Source: Escherichia phage vB_EcoM_G2540. From it: a stretch of DNA of 64,000 nucleotides. The notes below the pieces were generated by a model. The model was not told where the DNA came from, did no database searches, and saw only the letters and a list, made by a program, of their open reading frames with translations. Both the position numbers and the translations under genes were made by a program. Numbering within the stretch: the first letter of the stretch is position 1; the number at the start of each line of letters is the position of its first letter. The stretch lies in sequence record MK327936.1; one strand, given 5' to 3'. Positions 19,734 through 29,764 of the stretch are shown here, piece by piece.

Positions 19734-19875
19734 TGAAAGATTTAACTAGTGCTTTATTAACTTCAGCATATTGAGTAGTAGCCCATTGAACGTCATCTTT
19801 CATCATTGTGATCTCTTTAGTAAACATGCTTTCGTTCTTAAACCACCCCATAAAAACTACCTTTACCAATTCCAT
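19693..19875 (-). CDS. dmd: Dmd-like antitoxin (inhibitor of RnlA/LsoA RNases), 60 aa
   Basis: 60 aa directly downstream of gene 41, as T4 dmd (61.5); N-terminus MELVKVVF... Confidence 0.55.
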   Translation of the reverse strand: MELVKVVFMGWFKNESMFTKEITMMKDDVQWATTQYAEVNKALVKSFIDDKKVCEVDCRG

Positions 19876-19903
19876 AACAATCTCCTCATTTAACCAACAA
19901 GAC

Positions 19904-19934
19904 TACTATACCATAGTCTTGTCAGCTTGTAAAC
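19904..19934 (-). promoter_or_regulatory. candidate early promoter
   Basis: plus gtaaac 19929-19934 overlapping the gene 41 stop; -10-like plus actata 19904-19909 (19-bp spacer). Confidence 0.4.
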
Positions 19935-21361
19935 TAAAATTTTAATTCATTTGCCAAAGCATCTAACTGAGCTCGAGCGGATTCGTTTCTTTGATAGCGA
20001 TTCTGTTCAGCCTGAATTTGCTGTGAACCTGCTACTTCGTTCACTTCAGTTGGAGTAGAATCTTGTTCAATTTCTACCCATTTCTGATTTCCTTTTTGAA
20101 CACCCATCAAAAACTTATTCCATTTATTCTTATCACCGTATCGTGATTTGATTTGCTTAATGAGTTGTTGTTCAGCAGCTGCTAGCTCCTCGGTTTCAAT
20201 GACCGCAAGCATAAAATCAGCTGTTGCTGGAAGACCGGCAGATTCTGCAATATCGCTCATGTTAACATCAGAAGAATCCCAAGCTTGTTTACCAACCTGT
20301 GCTGCAGTCCAAAGAACAGTTTCGGTTTCAACAGCAAGAGCACGTAATTCCTCTGCAATGGCTTTAACAGTTGTGTAACTATTTTCTGAGTAAACTCTAA
20401 TGCGGCAAGATTTACAAATACCCAGATAGTCGACAATAATGATTGTTGGAACAAAATTCTTCTTGAGCTTTAATTCGTTTAAAAGCGATCGAAATGTATT
20501 AGCATCTGCTCCACCAGTAGGATACTGTTTAACTATTAAACGACCGAGAGTAGATTTCTCGCGCCATTTTTCCATTTTTCCTTTATACTCAGCGTAAGAA
20601 ATATGCCCGTCATCAATGTCATCAAGAGAAACATCAAGCATATTAGCATCAATACGCTTAGCACAGACTTCTTCTGCCATTTCCATGGAAATGTAAAGAA
20701 CATTATGTCCGAGCTGCAAATAATCTGCTGCCAATGAACACAGACCTAATGACTTACCGACGTTAACACCAGCCATTAAAACGTTCAGTGTTCCAGTTTC
20801 AGCTCCACCTTTAGTAATTTTATTTAGAATTTTGAGTCTAAATGGAACCTTACGAGCTTTATTCATATAAGATAGCCAACGTGCTTCGTAGTCATCCATC
20901 CAATCATGACCAACGTAACTATCAAATGAAATTGATAATGCTTGGCGCATGATGTCAGGAATAGCACCTACATCTGGCATTTTCTTATTTCGTTTTTCCG
21001 GAGGAAGCTCAGCATTAGTTTGAATTTCGATTATTTTAGACGTAGCATTAAACATCGCCCTTTGCTGAACATATTTTTCTGTTTCTTTTATTAACCAACT
21101 GTGGTCTTCCGGAGAATCAGCCAGTTTTGAAATAAGTGTTTTTACACCAGAATATTCTGTTTCAGTAAATGAACTATTTTCTAATGCAACATTTAACGCA
21201 TTAATAGATGGAACGCTATGATACTCATTAACATGAGATTTAATTAATTTGAATGTATTTTTAGCTGGACCACTTTCAAAATATTCTGAATCCATATATG
21301 GCCAAACTTTTGAAAAATAAGCTTGATCAAATATGAGATGAGAAAGAATAATTTCTACCAC
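19934..21361 (-). CDS. 41: replicative DNA helicase gp41 (DnaB-like), 475 aa
   Basis: 475 aa as in T4; RecA-fold Walker A (MAGVNVGKSLGL). Confidence 0.85.
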   Translation of the reverse strand: MVEIILSHLIFDQAYFSKVWPYMDSEYFESGPAKNTFKLIKSHVNEYHSVPSINALNVALENSSFTETEYSGVKTLISKLADSPEDHSWLIKETEKYVQQRAMFNATSKIIEIQTNAELPPEKRNKKMPDVGAIPDIMRQALSISFDSYVGHDWMDDYEARWLSYMNKARKVPFRLKILNKITKGGAETGTLNVLMAGVNVGKSLGLCSLAADYLQLGHNVLYISMEMAEEVCAKRIDANMLDVSLDDIDDGHISYAEYKGKMEKWREKSTLGRLIVKQYPTGGADANTFRSLLNELKLKKNFVPTIIIVDYLGICKSCRIRVYSENSYTTVKAIAEELRALAVETETVLWTAAQVGKQAWDSSDVNMSDIAESAGLPATADFMLAVIETEELAAAEQQLIKQIKSRYGDKNKWNKFLMGVQKGNQKWVEIEQDSTPTEVNEVAGSQQIQAEQNRYQRNESARAQLDALANELKF

Positions 21362-21370
21362 ACTTACTCC

Positions 21371-21715
21371 TTAAAAGAATTTAAACTTTTTCTTTGACCT
21401 TTTATTGAATGCATCTTGCAGTTGCATTGTAATACATTTTTCTACATGAGGAGCTAACTCAGCTTTTCTTTCTTGGTCAAGAACAGCAAAGTCCATTACA
21501 ACCTTTCCATCAACCCAATCCAGTTTAGTTACATACACTATATGTGTAGAACCATCTTCTAGTTTAATGACAATCTCCTGGATAACATTTTCCATAGCGG
21601 ATTTAATTATCTTAAGAGACTCATTAAAAAGACGTTCTTTTCTTTCTTCTTCCCCCTCCGAAGAGGGGGATTCATCGATAATTTCTAGATCTAAATCTAA
21701 ATCATCTTTATTCAT
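21371..21715 (-). CDS. 40: gp40-position protein (~114 aa from second Met)
   Basis: uvsX-40-41 synteny; ATGAATAA overlap with the uvsX stop if started at MNKDDLD. Confidence 0.55.
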   Translation of the reverse strand: MNKDDLDLDLEIIDESPSSEGEEERKERLFNESLKIIKSAMENVIQEIVIKLEDGSTHIVYVTKLDWVDGKVVMDFAVLDQERKAELAPHVEKCITMQLQDAFNKRSKKKFKFF

Positions 21716-22883
21716 TAAATTCTTCCATATCACTTAACTGTTCGAGGTCAGTTTCTAAATCAGCAGCTGATTTACTTTTACTTTCTGGAGATTTAAATTT
21801 TTCAACCTTTGAGTTAATCAATTCATCAACTTCAGCTTCAACAATTTCATTACTATCAATAGCACCTAACTGATAAGCACGTTTAATAGCATCTCGGAAT
21901 GGTTGATGCTTAAATAAAGGACCCCAGAATGTAGTGCAGTTAGTATCTTTTGCACGCCAAGATTTTTCTTCGCGAATCATCTCGCCGGTTTCTTCATCAA
22001 GAAATTCACGAGCATACCAACCATTTTTAGGTTTTACCACAAATCCTAATTCTAGAGCCATATCTAACAATCCAGAATAAGGATCGATACCACCGTCAAA
22101 TTTAACATCAATAAAGAATTTACTTTTTTCTTTAACGGTACGAGATTTTTCTACATTTAGAACAAATTGATACCCCTGAAGATCAGAACCATCTTTAATC
22201 TGACGCTTACCGATAATGAATACGGTATCAGCCGAATACATTACGCCTGTACCACCTGTCATCACGGTTTTACTAAACATTTCAATGGTTTCAATTGTAT
22301 GGTTAACTGCAACACATGGAATATTTTTAATGCTAAAATAAGGAGTAACAATACGGAATAATGACTTCAGTGATTTAGCACGAGTCATATCTGCCACAGA
22401 TTTTTCATTCAAGGCATCTTCAGTTTCTTTCTTAGAAGCCATATTACCAATTGAATCGATGAATACAATAACTTTTTCACCACGCTCAATAGTTTCAAGC
22501 TGATTCACCATATCAATTTTCAGCTGTTCAACTGACTGGATTGGCGTATGAATTACTCGTTCTGGGTCAACTCCCATAGACTTAAGATAAGCCGGAGTGA
22601 TACCAAACTCTGAGTCATAGAACAAACAGATAGCATCAGGATACTTATTCAAATAAGCTGCTACCATTGTCAGTGACATATTAGATTTAAAATGTTTAGA
22701 AGGCCCTGCGAAAATAGTTAAACCAGACTGCATACCACCGTCCAACGCACCGCTAATTGCAATATTCAGCATTGGAATTTTAGTACGAACCACATCCTTT
22801 TCATTAAAGAACTTGCTTTTAGTAAGCTCTGCAGTCATTTTAGAAGTGGAAGCTTTAATCAAACGGGATTTTAAATCAGACAT
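21708..22883 (-). CDS. uvsX: UvsX recombinase (RecA-like), 391 aa
   Basis: 391 aa as in T4; RecA core with Walker A (FAGPSKHFKS). Confidence 0.85.
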   Translation of the reverse strand: MSDLKSRLIKASTSKMTAELTKSKFFNEKDVVRTKIPMLNIAISGALDGGMQSGLTIFAGPSKHFKSNMSLTMVAAYLNKYPDAICLFYDSEFGITPAYLKSMGVDPERVIHTPIQSVEQLKIDMVNQLETIERGEKVIVFIDSIGNMASKKETEDALNEKSVADMTRAKSLKSLFRIVTPYFSIKNIPCVAVNHTIETIEMFSKTVMTGGTGVMYSADTVFIIGKRQIKDGSDLQGYQFVLNVEKSRTVKEKSKFFIDVKFDGGIDPYSGLLDMALELGFVVKPKNGWYAREFLDEETGEMIREEKSWRAKDTNCTTFWGPLFKHQPFRDAIKRAYQLGAIDSNEIVEAEVDELINSKVEKFKSPESKSKSAADLETDLEQLSDMEEFNE

Positions 22884-22999
22884 TATATTTTTCCATAGGC
22901 AGCATTATATTTTACTCATGTTTATAATAAAGGGTATTGTTATACCCAGAGTTTAACTACATCATATTTAATAATGAGATAATTATATCACCTTATCAT

Positions 23000-23113
23000 T
23001 TAGCATTTACTTTTTGATTTCTTACTTTCATAAAGGTCATACAGATACAATCCAGCAAGACTAACTGCGGCAAATATTCCTAAGCCAGTAATGAATAATA
23101 AAGGTCCTAACAT
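23000..23113 (-). CDS. candidate small hydrophobic peptide, 37 aa
   Basis: hand translation MLGPLLFITGLGIFAAVSLAGLYLYDLYESKKSKSKC in the uvsX-bgt intergenic region. Confidence 0.3.
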   Translation of the reverse strand: MLGPLLFITGLGIFAAVSLAGLYLYDLYESKKSKSKC

Positions 23114-23125
23114 ATTAACCTCAAA

Positions 23126-24203
23126 TTAAGCGGTGATATCGAGAACGCGAAGAAGCTCTTCTTGCCATTCTGATTTTAAACTTTGATACTTAAATAGGGT
23201 TTGATGTTGTATTGTAATCAATTCCCGCCTCAAGCACTCATTGGTTTTTAACTCATTTACTAAAGTTTCAAAATCATTTTTATTCTTAACGTAGAATCTA
23301 GGGTCGTCAATAATAAGATGCTCGCTATCAAACTCTTCATCGATAAGCATCACAGCATCTGATGCCATGGCCTCCCAGACTCTAATTGTGATAAAATTAT
23401 CATTGTAATCTTTATCACCAATGACTATAGTTGCTATCGCTTGGCTATTCGTGTCAATAACCAAATTTGATGCTATTTTTTTGACTGAATGATGGAGCTA
23501 CATTCCACGGAAATTTAGGATTTTTAAACTGTTTCTCTTTAATAGTTCCAAACATTTTAATATTTAAATTGGTATCAAAAAGAAATTCAACTATTTTAGA
23601 CTCTCGTTGCCCACCTCTAAACGCGCCGCAGTACACAACGTCATATTTTTTAATAGTTTGATTCGCAGGTTTAAGTTTCTGTGAATGAATAAAATATCTA
23701 TCTACAGGAAAGTAATCATACTCAAATTCTTTACCGTATCTTTCGGTTGTTTTCTTATGAGCCTTTTTAGCAATTTCTAGATTTCTGCCCTGAGATATTA
23801 CTTTAAAGTCAGATGACACAAATAAGTCTTCATCTTTGTATTCACTTGAAAATTTCTTTCTGCGAACTACCGGAAGAACTTGCATAAATCCAAGACGGCC
23901 ATCAGTAAAAATATAATAAATTTTACTTCTATATTCAGCCATCAATTTATATGAATTTAAAACGATTGGATTTTTCTTTCCACCGAAGAAATTGATAGCG
24001 CCATTAATTACTATTAGTCTATCGTATGAATTTATATCAGTTACTACATCAAATGATATAGTGTATTCAGTATTTCGCATTGAAATTATATCAACGGAAT
24101 GCCCTAATTCAGTTAAAGACCTGCCTATTAAAATAGTTTCGGCTGATGATACTATTTTAAAATCACTCACAGTATTACTTAAATTTAGAATAGCTATTTT
24201 CAT
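23126..24203 (-). pseudogene. bgt: beta-glucosyltransferase-like gene split by a frameshift in an A7 run
   Basis: 249-aa N-terminal ORF plus 112-aa C-terminal ORF together resemble recalled T4 beta-gt (~60% identity); frames switch at the T7 run 23476-23482; removing one base restores FSQKIASNLVIDTNSQAIA, colinear with T4. Confidence 0.65.
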
Positions 24204-25057
24204 GATATTTCCGTAACTTCAACTTTGTGAATAGCATTAAACTTATGAAATGCTTCTGATTTTTCTTTACGCGAAACGCACATGCGAAGAACCTTTAATG
24301 GCTCGTCTTCTTCACCCAACGATTTTCGTTTTTCAATATTAGAAGTTTTCCAACGAGCTTGCTCTGGAAACTCTCTATTGATTTGCTCAAGCGCTCTATT
24401 ATGTTTAGAATTACTACGAATTGAACTACACCCGCCAGGAGCTTGTGCTTTTCCAGATACAACTAGATATTTGAACAAGGCCAAATGCGGATAACCTTGA
24501 TTAATTAAATTGAGAAATGCATACATATCTTCGCATAAATCAATTTTTCCATACCCAATTTGTTCTGTCGTAAGTTTTCCGAGGTCATACCATGTATTCG
24601 TGAATCCATATGAATTTTCACGATAATTACCCCAAGATGAAGTAATTTTAAAAATTGGTAGACGAGCATGACCGTGATAATACCCGCAATCCATGGCATC
24701 TTCAACATATTGAATCAATTCATAGAACTGTTCACGAGTCAATTGATTGACTTTATCTACGCAACGCCGATCATCTCTTTTTCGCATTGAACTCATACGA
24801 ATAGTAGTATCATCGTCAATCATCCAGATTCGTTGACCTGCATACATATCAGTAATTGCTTTACGAGTACCAGCAATTCCATTTACATCATCAGGAATAG
24901 TTATAATTTTAGCTCTAGACCCATAGGCATCATAATAAGCTTTTTCTTCGTGTTCACGTACTACAATATGTGGTTCATAATCAGTCGGAAACATATCAAG
25001 GGCAGAAACTGCCCCTACACGTTGATAGCTTGGAATTACGAATTGAATCATTTCCAC
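24200..25057 (-). CDS. putative GT-A-fold glycosyltransferase, 285 aa
   Basis: N-terminal QFVIPSYQR resembles the GT2 VIPTYN motif; DxD-like IWMIDDDTT ~80 aa in; sits between bgt and gene 42. Confidence 0.4.
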   Translation of the reverse strand: MEMIQFVIPSYQRVGAVSALDMFPTDYEPHIVVREHEEKAYYDAYGSRAKIITIPDDVNGIAGTRKAITDMYAGQRIWMIDDDTTIRMSSMRKRDDRRCVDKVNQLTREQFYELIQYVEDAMDCGYYHGHARLPIFKITSSWGNYRENSYGFTNTWYDLGKLTTEQIGYGKIDLCEDMYAFLNLINQGYPHLALFKYLVVSGKAQAPGGCSSIRSNSKHNRALEQINREFPEQARWKTSNIEKRKSLGEEDEPLKVLRMCVSRKEKSEAFHKFNAIHKVEVTEIS

Positions 25058-25788
25058 TCACCGTTATAATCTTTTTTCACAATATGAGTTTCGCCAGTAT
25101 TCCACCAATGATCAACCAAGTAAAAATGACGAGAATATACATGAAGACTTCCAACATTCCATATAATAGAACCTGCTTTATACTGACGAGTTGAATCGCC
25201 TGCATTCAAATCAGATACTAATTTATCTAATACGTATTTTTGCCATGCATAATCATTACGGAATCCGAAGACCACGTCATTTGAGCGCATGCTTACTACT
25301 GCATTGACTTTCTTATCACGAATCAGGTACTGTACTGTATTAGTACACATGAAATCTGACATACCATCTTTATTGTAGTCAAATTGCATGGATGGACGAG
25401 TATAAATCATGATACCACGTCGAGAATCAGGATTTTGACCAAGTTCAGCTAAACACATATCATACTGGGCATAGTTATCTTCTGACCAAATAGCCCAACC
25501 ATAATTCGAGTTAATTTCACCTTTAGAAGATGCTACCTGCTGCCAAATTTTCGGTGTTTCACCTGGAATATCTTTAACAAACAAGCTTTTAGATTTATAC
25601 CATTCAAGTTCACGCTGAATGTATTCATCATTAAGAGCGCCAAAAATAAACGGTTCATCTGCTACAAATGATGCGCCAATAATTTCAATAGTTTTAACGC
25701 CAGTTTTATCAACTACGAAATCTTTTTCTTTTAATGCAGTTCCCAAATAAAAACGGATTTCTTCAACTGTCATAGAGTCATTAATCAT
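25048..25788 (-). CDS. 42: dCMP hydroxymethylase gp42, 246 aa
   Basis: 246 aa as in T4; N-terminus ...DSMTVEEIRFYLG... matches recalled gp42. Confidence 0.85.
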   Translation of the reverse strand: MINDSMTVEEIRFYLGTALKEKDFVVDKTGVKTIEIIGASFVADEPFIFGALNDEYIQRELEWYKSKSLFVKDIPGETPKIWQQVASSKGEINSNYGWAIWSEDNYAQYDMCLAELGQNPDSRRGIMIYTRPSMQFDYNKDGMSDFMCTNTVQYLIRDKKVNAVVSMRSNDVVFGFRNDYAWQKYVLDKLVSDLNAGDSTRQYKAGSIIWNVGSLHVYSRHFYLVDHWWNTGETHIVKKDYNGEWK

Positions 25789-25941
25789 TTAAACCTCAAT
25801 TGATGCATTCATATTTAAATTGTAACAGTAATAAACCCCACCCTATGATAAGAGTTGGAATCATAGCAGGAACTGTTACGCTATAGTATATACTTATTAT
25901 AACCATCAAGATTAAAAGCAACACTGTTATAATTTTGCTTT

Positions 25942-26193
25942 TCATTCCTTCTCTCTGATGATAATTACCTGATTTGGTTGTGCAGACTTTTTAGTTTCAC
26001 CCGCAATTGACCAAATAAATGTAATAAACCAACCAATAATTGACCAGTTAAACAGTAAAGACGTGAAAAAGATTCCTACTGTAGATTTTGACCCACGCAT
26101 CAAGGCGATAAACCACGGAAGCATGTATATAATAATAGCCAACACGCCTGAAACTAAAACCATAAAAATTGAACCTGCTACTAAAGTTTCCAT
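25942..26193 (-). CDS. imm: Imm superinfection-immunity membrane protein, 83 aa
   Basis: 83 aa with two hydrophobic helices; position between 42 and 43 as in T4. Confidence 0.65.
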   Translation of the reverse strand: METLVAGSIFMVLVSGVLAIIIYMLPWFIALMRGSKSTVGIFFTSLLFNWSIIGWFITFIWSIAGETKKSAQPNQVIIIREKE

Positions 26194-26208
26194 CTTTTCC
26201 TCACTTAG

Positions 26209-26580
26209 TCAAATTTTTACGCATGAATTATAAGAATTCACTACATACTCCATCGGAGCATTTTTACCAGTACGCCATTGGTAATTATTAGCCCAATTAG
26301 CCCAAAGCTCGGCGCAGTAGTTTTCAATTTTTTCTTCGCGTGTAATTACATCCGAATTACGATATGCTTGAGCAGATTCATCTGGACGAATAGCTTCGTC
26401 AAAATTCGCCTGCATTTGTTCTACTGTTTGCTTTGGAGCTTCTTTATAACACTTGACATTAGGATTATAAAATTTGCTTGAACAGTTTACAATTTTTCCT
26501 ACATCAGACTGATTTACTACCGGTCCTTGAGCTACACAACCAGTAAGACCTAATGCAATAACCAAAATAGCGATTTTCAT
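26209..26580 (-). CDS. putative lipoprotein, 123 aa
   Basis: signal peptide with lipobox (MKIAILVIALGLTGC). Confidence 0.5.
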   Translation of the reverse strand: MKIAILVIALGLTGCVAQGPVVNQSDVGKIVNCSSKFYNPNVKCYKEAPKQTVEQMQANFDEAIRPDESAQAYRNSDVITREEKIENYCAELWANWANNYQWRTGKNAPMEYVVNSYNSCVKI

Positions 26581-26590
26581 AATAATTTCC

Positions 26591-26827
26591 TCAAATGCAA
26601 GTAGTAATTACTCCAGTAGTGCTTATGCAGGTATTACCCATTTGCACACCTAAAGATCCATTGGTATTCACATGAAGATTATCATCAATTTTAACTGATA
26701 TTTTACCATTAGTGTGAATAACGGTGCTAGATTCAATCACAGGTTGAGTATCATTTTCAACACTAACAAATGGAACTGCTGCTAATGCAACTAAACAAAC
26801 TGCTAAGCATCCCATAACAATTTTCAT
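26591..26827 (-). CDS. small secreted protein (~78 aa from internal Met)
   Basis: signal-peptide-like MKIVMGCLAVCLVALAAVPFVSVE; the ORF-track N-terminal extension overlaps the promoter so start is trimmed. Confidence 0.4.
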   Translation of the reverse strand: MKIVMGCLAVCLVALAAVPFVSVENDTQPVIESSTVIHTNGKISVKIDDNLHVNTNGSLGVQMGNTCISTTGVITTCI

Positions 26828-26864
26828 TTTATTCTCCAAATCTGTATCAGTAGTTGATAGTTGT

Positions 26865-26894
26865 ATAGTACCATGGAAGAACAGTCTTGTAAAC
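26865..26894 (-). promoter_or_regulatory. T4-type early promoter (repeated cassette family)
   Basis: plus gtaaac 26889-26894, 18-bp spacer, plus atagta 26865-26870; shares the gatagttgtatagtacca block with promoters at 53.3, 55.2 and 58.8 kb. Confidence 0.5.
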
Positions 26895-26974
26895 AGTTTT
26901 GTGAAATTTTTTAGGGAATCCAAAGGGTCCAGAATCATCTGTTTTTCATAAGTATAGATTTATATTACTTGTAT

Positions 26975-26998
26975 GAAAAAGGGACCCGGAGGTCCCTA
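26975..26998 (-). terminator. intrinsic terminator after gene 43
   Basis: agggacc-cgga-ggtccct hairpin followed on the transcript by UUUUUC; 3' of the gene 43 stop. Confidence 0.6.
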
Positions 26999-27009
26999 GA
27001 TTTATTCTA

Positions 27010-29706
27010 TCAGCCAAACAGGAAGTCTAACGAAGCTTTTTCTTCATAGTCCATACCAGCCGATTCACACATACCCGCAAGCGGTTTAACAAACGATTTT
27101 TGGAACAAAGTTGAGTAGTCAATCCAAGACAGTACGTCAGAACGAATTTCTTTTGGAAGTTCTGTTCCCGACGGCCAAGCAATGCACTTGTCACCAAATG
27201 GATTTCCTTCACGCAATGGAAGAACCATTACCTTATTTCCATCCAAAATTGGAGCTACACCTAAACCGCTAACAGCTCGACGATAAGTTAGCACACCACG
27301 AATATGGAACGGACATTTAAATCCTGGCCAACCTTTATCATCATATTTCGCTATATCGTTCGCAGTTTTTACTTCAGCAATAACTTTATAGTCAAGCTGA
27401 CGATATTCTTTCTCGAAGTTTTTGTAATATTCTTGGACAGACTCTTCACCTTCCTGAAGAATACGACGAATACTTTCTTCGAGAGCTTCTTGCACTGCTT
27501 TTGGTGTTGAACTCTGCTGAGTTTCCATACCCATGATTTTTAGATGCGGTTCAGCAAATCGCTTATCTTCCATATCATAAACGTTCAGAGCATAACGCTT
27601 TTTCGCTTTCCAAAATCCGCCAACGCCCTTTGAACCAAGCGGAGGACAAGAAATAGCTTCACGGTCCATATGCATCAGATGCTCGCGGTTATTCATATAA
27701 TCACATAACTCACGATATGCAACATCAATCATAGGTTCCATCTTTTTCTTACCGAACTGATTCATAAATTCAACTAAATCGTTCTGCTCTTTGAATCGGT
27801 CAAGACCAACTTTTTCAATAACTTTATCTACACAAACATATACCGAATCAGTATCACCTGCTGCAATGAAATCTTCGCCATTAGTTCCGCATACTTTATT
27901 CAGATATTCATTAATTTTACGAGCAATCCACTGAATACCAACTTGGCCGAAAATTGTGATAGCAGTAGCATTTCGCAAATCATAGTAACGGAAATGAATA
28001 TTACCAAGAGCACCGTAAAGGCTGTTAATAAGAATTTTACGGTTCAGCTGATTTGTATTAGCAAGTGTAGCCGCTTTTTCACATTCTTCAATCAAACTAT
28101 TGAGAACAGATTCAGTATAATTCGATAGTTCATTTAAGAAATCATCACTGAACTTAACATATCGTTCAACTTCAGGTTTAGTTGAACAAGACCCTGCGCC
28201 TTTCATAATAATCTTTTTAATAGCTTCGGCATTCATTTCTTCAGCGAACATTTTCTTTTTCCAGTCTTTACGCTGGAAAAATACTTTAGCGATTTCCTTT
28301 GGAATGATACCTTCTTGATGCTTATCGTACATCCATCCATTCGGAGAACAAGAATATTCATCACTCGGTTTAGGAGCTGTTCCTGCGATATATTCATGAA
28401 TTGGATGAACTTTAAACTGACCACGAATAGTCTCAGGACTAATGTTAACCTGACGAATAATGCTCGGATACAGAGACGTCAAGTCAAAACTCATAATATA
28501 TCGACGAGCAATTGGTTTAGGTTCAAATACAAATGCACCCGGAAAACTTTGTTTAACGTGCGAACCTTGTTGAGGAATAACCTTGTGTTCACTTTTCAGT
28601 GAGTTAAAAATAATAGCATCCCAAGTTTTAATAGGACTCATTACACCAGAAAAAGGCATTTTAGCGTAATAAGACATACTTAAAACTAGATCGATAAACC
28701 CGCGAATTTTATCAATTGCTTGAACTGATTCTACGTCAATGATGTTATAACTGATGTATCGTTGATGATTAGTCTCACGAAGTTTATTAATAGGACCGTC
28801 GTATGGTAATTTGCCCTTTTTGGTTTCATGTTGAGCAACTGATTCCAAAGAGAATGACGGCAAATTAGTAAATGCGAATTTCTTGTACAAATCTAAATAA
28901 TCAAGAATAGATACGCCATCAATAGAATAAATTTCTTTGCTACCGTACACATTTTGAATTAGTTTAGATTTTACCCGACCGATTGGAGAGAAGCGTTTCA
29001 TACTGCGTTCACCAAGAACCATTTTAACGCGATTCATGATATACGGAACGTCAAATCCCTCAATATTCCAACCAGTAAAAATAGCAGGTCGTTTCTGTTC
29101 CCAGAGATTGATATATTCCATGAGCATATCACGCTCATTATCGAATGGCATATAAATTACTCGGTCAAGAATTTCTTGAGGAACTTCATCACCACCTTCA
29201 CAGTCAAGCTTAGCAGCTAACTTTGCATCCCATTTTGATACTGAACCATACATTGAATTCAAAAGGTCGAAAACATAAAAACGATCATCAATTGAATCGT
29301 AATGAGTGATAGCATCAATTTCATATTCAGCTTTCATTGGGTCAGGAAATTTATCACCAGTAACCTCAATGTCACAGTTAGCTACACGAACAAATTTTCG
29401 GTCATAAACAATTTCTGAACCGTATGTATCACTGATATAAGCGAGTTTAAAATCGTTCATACCGAGAGCTTCGAGACCGATGTCTTCCATTCGTTTCATC
29501 CAATCTCGAGCATCTTTCATTGATGGAAATTTTTGAGGAGCGCAGTTTTTACCATAGATGTCTTTGTACTTTGACTCTTCCTTACAATGCCTAAACATAG
29601 TTGGAAGATATTCTACTTCACGAGTACGTTCCTTTCCGTTTTCATCAATATAACGTTCAACAATGTTATTTCCGACTGTTTCGATAGAGATATAAAATTC
29701 TTTCAT
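27010..29706 (-). CDS. 43: DNA polymerase gp43 (family B), 898 aa
   Basis: 898 aa as in T4; exonuclease and polymerase motifs (YGDTDS-type AAGDTDSVYV). Confidence 0.9.
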   Translation of the reverse strand: MKEFYISIETVGNNIVERYIDENGKERTREVEYLPTMFRHCKEESKYKDIYGKNCAPQKFPSMKDARDWMKRMEDIGLEALGMNDFKLAYISDTYGSEIVYDRKFVRVANCDIEVTGDKFPDPMKAEYEIDAITHYDSIDDRFYVFDLLNSMYGSVSKWDAKLAAKLDCEGGDEVPQEILDRVIYMPFDNERDMLMEYINLWEQKRPAIFTGWNIEGFDVPYIMNRVKMVLGERSMKRFSPIGRVKSKLIQNVYGSKEIYSIDGVSILDYLDLYKKFAFTNLPSFSLESVAQHETKKGKLPYDGPINKLRETNHQRYISYNIIDVESVQAIDKIRGFIDLVLSMSYYAKMPFSGVMSPIKTWDAIIFNSLKSEHKVIPQQGSHVKQSFPGAFVFEPKPIARRYIMSFDLTSLYPSIIRQVNISPETIRGQFKVHPIHEYIAGTAPKPSDEYSCSPNGWMYDKHQEGIIPKEIAKVFFQRKDWKKKMFAEEMNAEAIKKIIMKGAGSCSTKPEVERYVKFSDDFLNELSNYTESVLNSLIEECEKAATLANTNQLNRKILINSLYGALGNIHFRYYDLRNATAITIFGQVGIQWIARKINEYLNKVCGTNGEDFIAAGDTDSVYVCVDKVIEKVGLDRFKEQNDLVEFMNQFGKKKMEPMIDVAYRELCDYMNNREHLMHMDREAISCPPLGSKGVGGFWKAKKRYALNVYDMEDKRFAEPHLKIMGMETQQSSTPKAVQEALEESIRRILQEGEESVQEYYKNFEKEYRQLDYKVIAEVKTANDIAKYDDKGWPGFKCPFHIRGVLTYRRAVSGLGVAPILDGNKVMVLPLREGNPFGDKCIAWPSGTELPKEIRSDVLSWIDYSTLFQKSFVKPLAGMCESAGMDYEEKASLDFLFG

Positions 29707-29764
29707 AGATATTCCTTAGTTTATAGCCCGAGTTATTAGGCTCTTGATATATTATACTCCAAAT

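Noticed and set aside
26828-26938. N-terminal extensions of ORF-track entries (for example 26591..26938, 55041..55361, 58608..58841, 49298..50329, 63063..63662)
   Set aside because: The extended starts overlap the upstream early promoter or Shine-Dalgarno sequence; internal Met starts with ribosome-binding sites were used instead.
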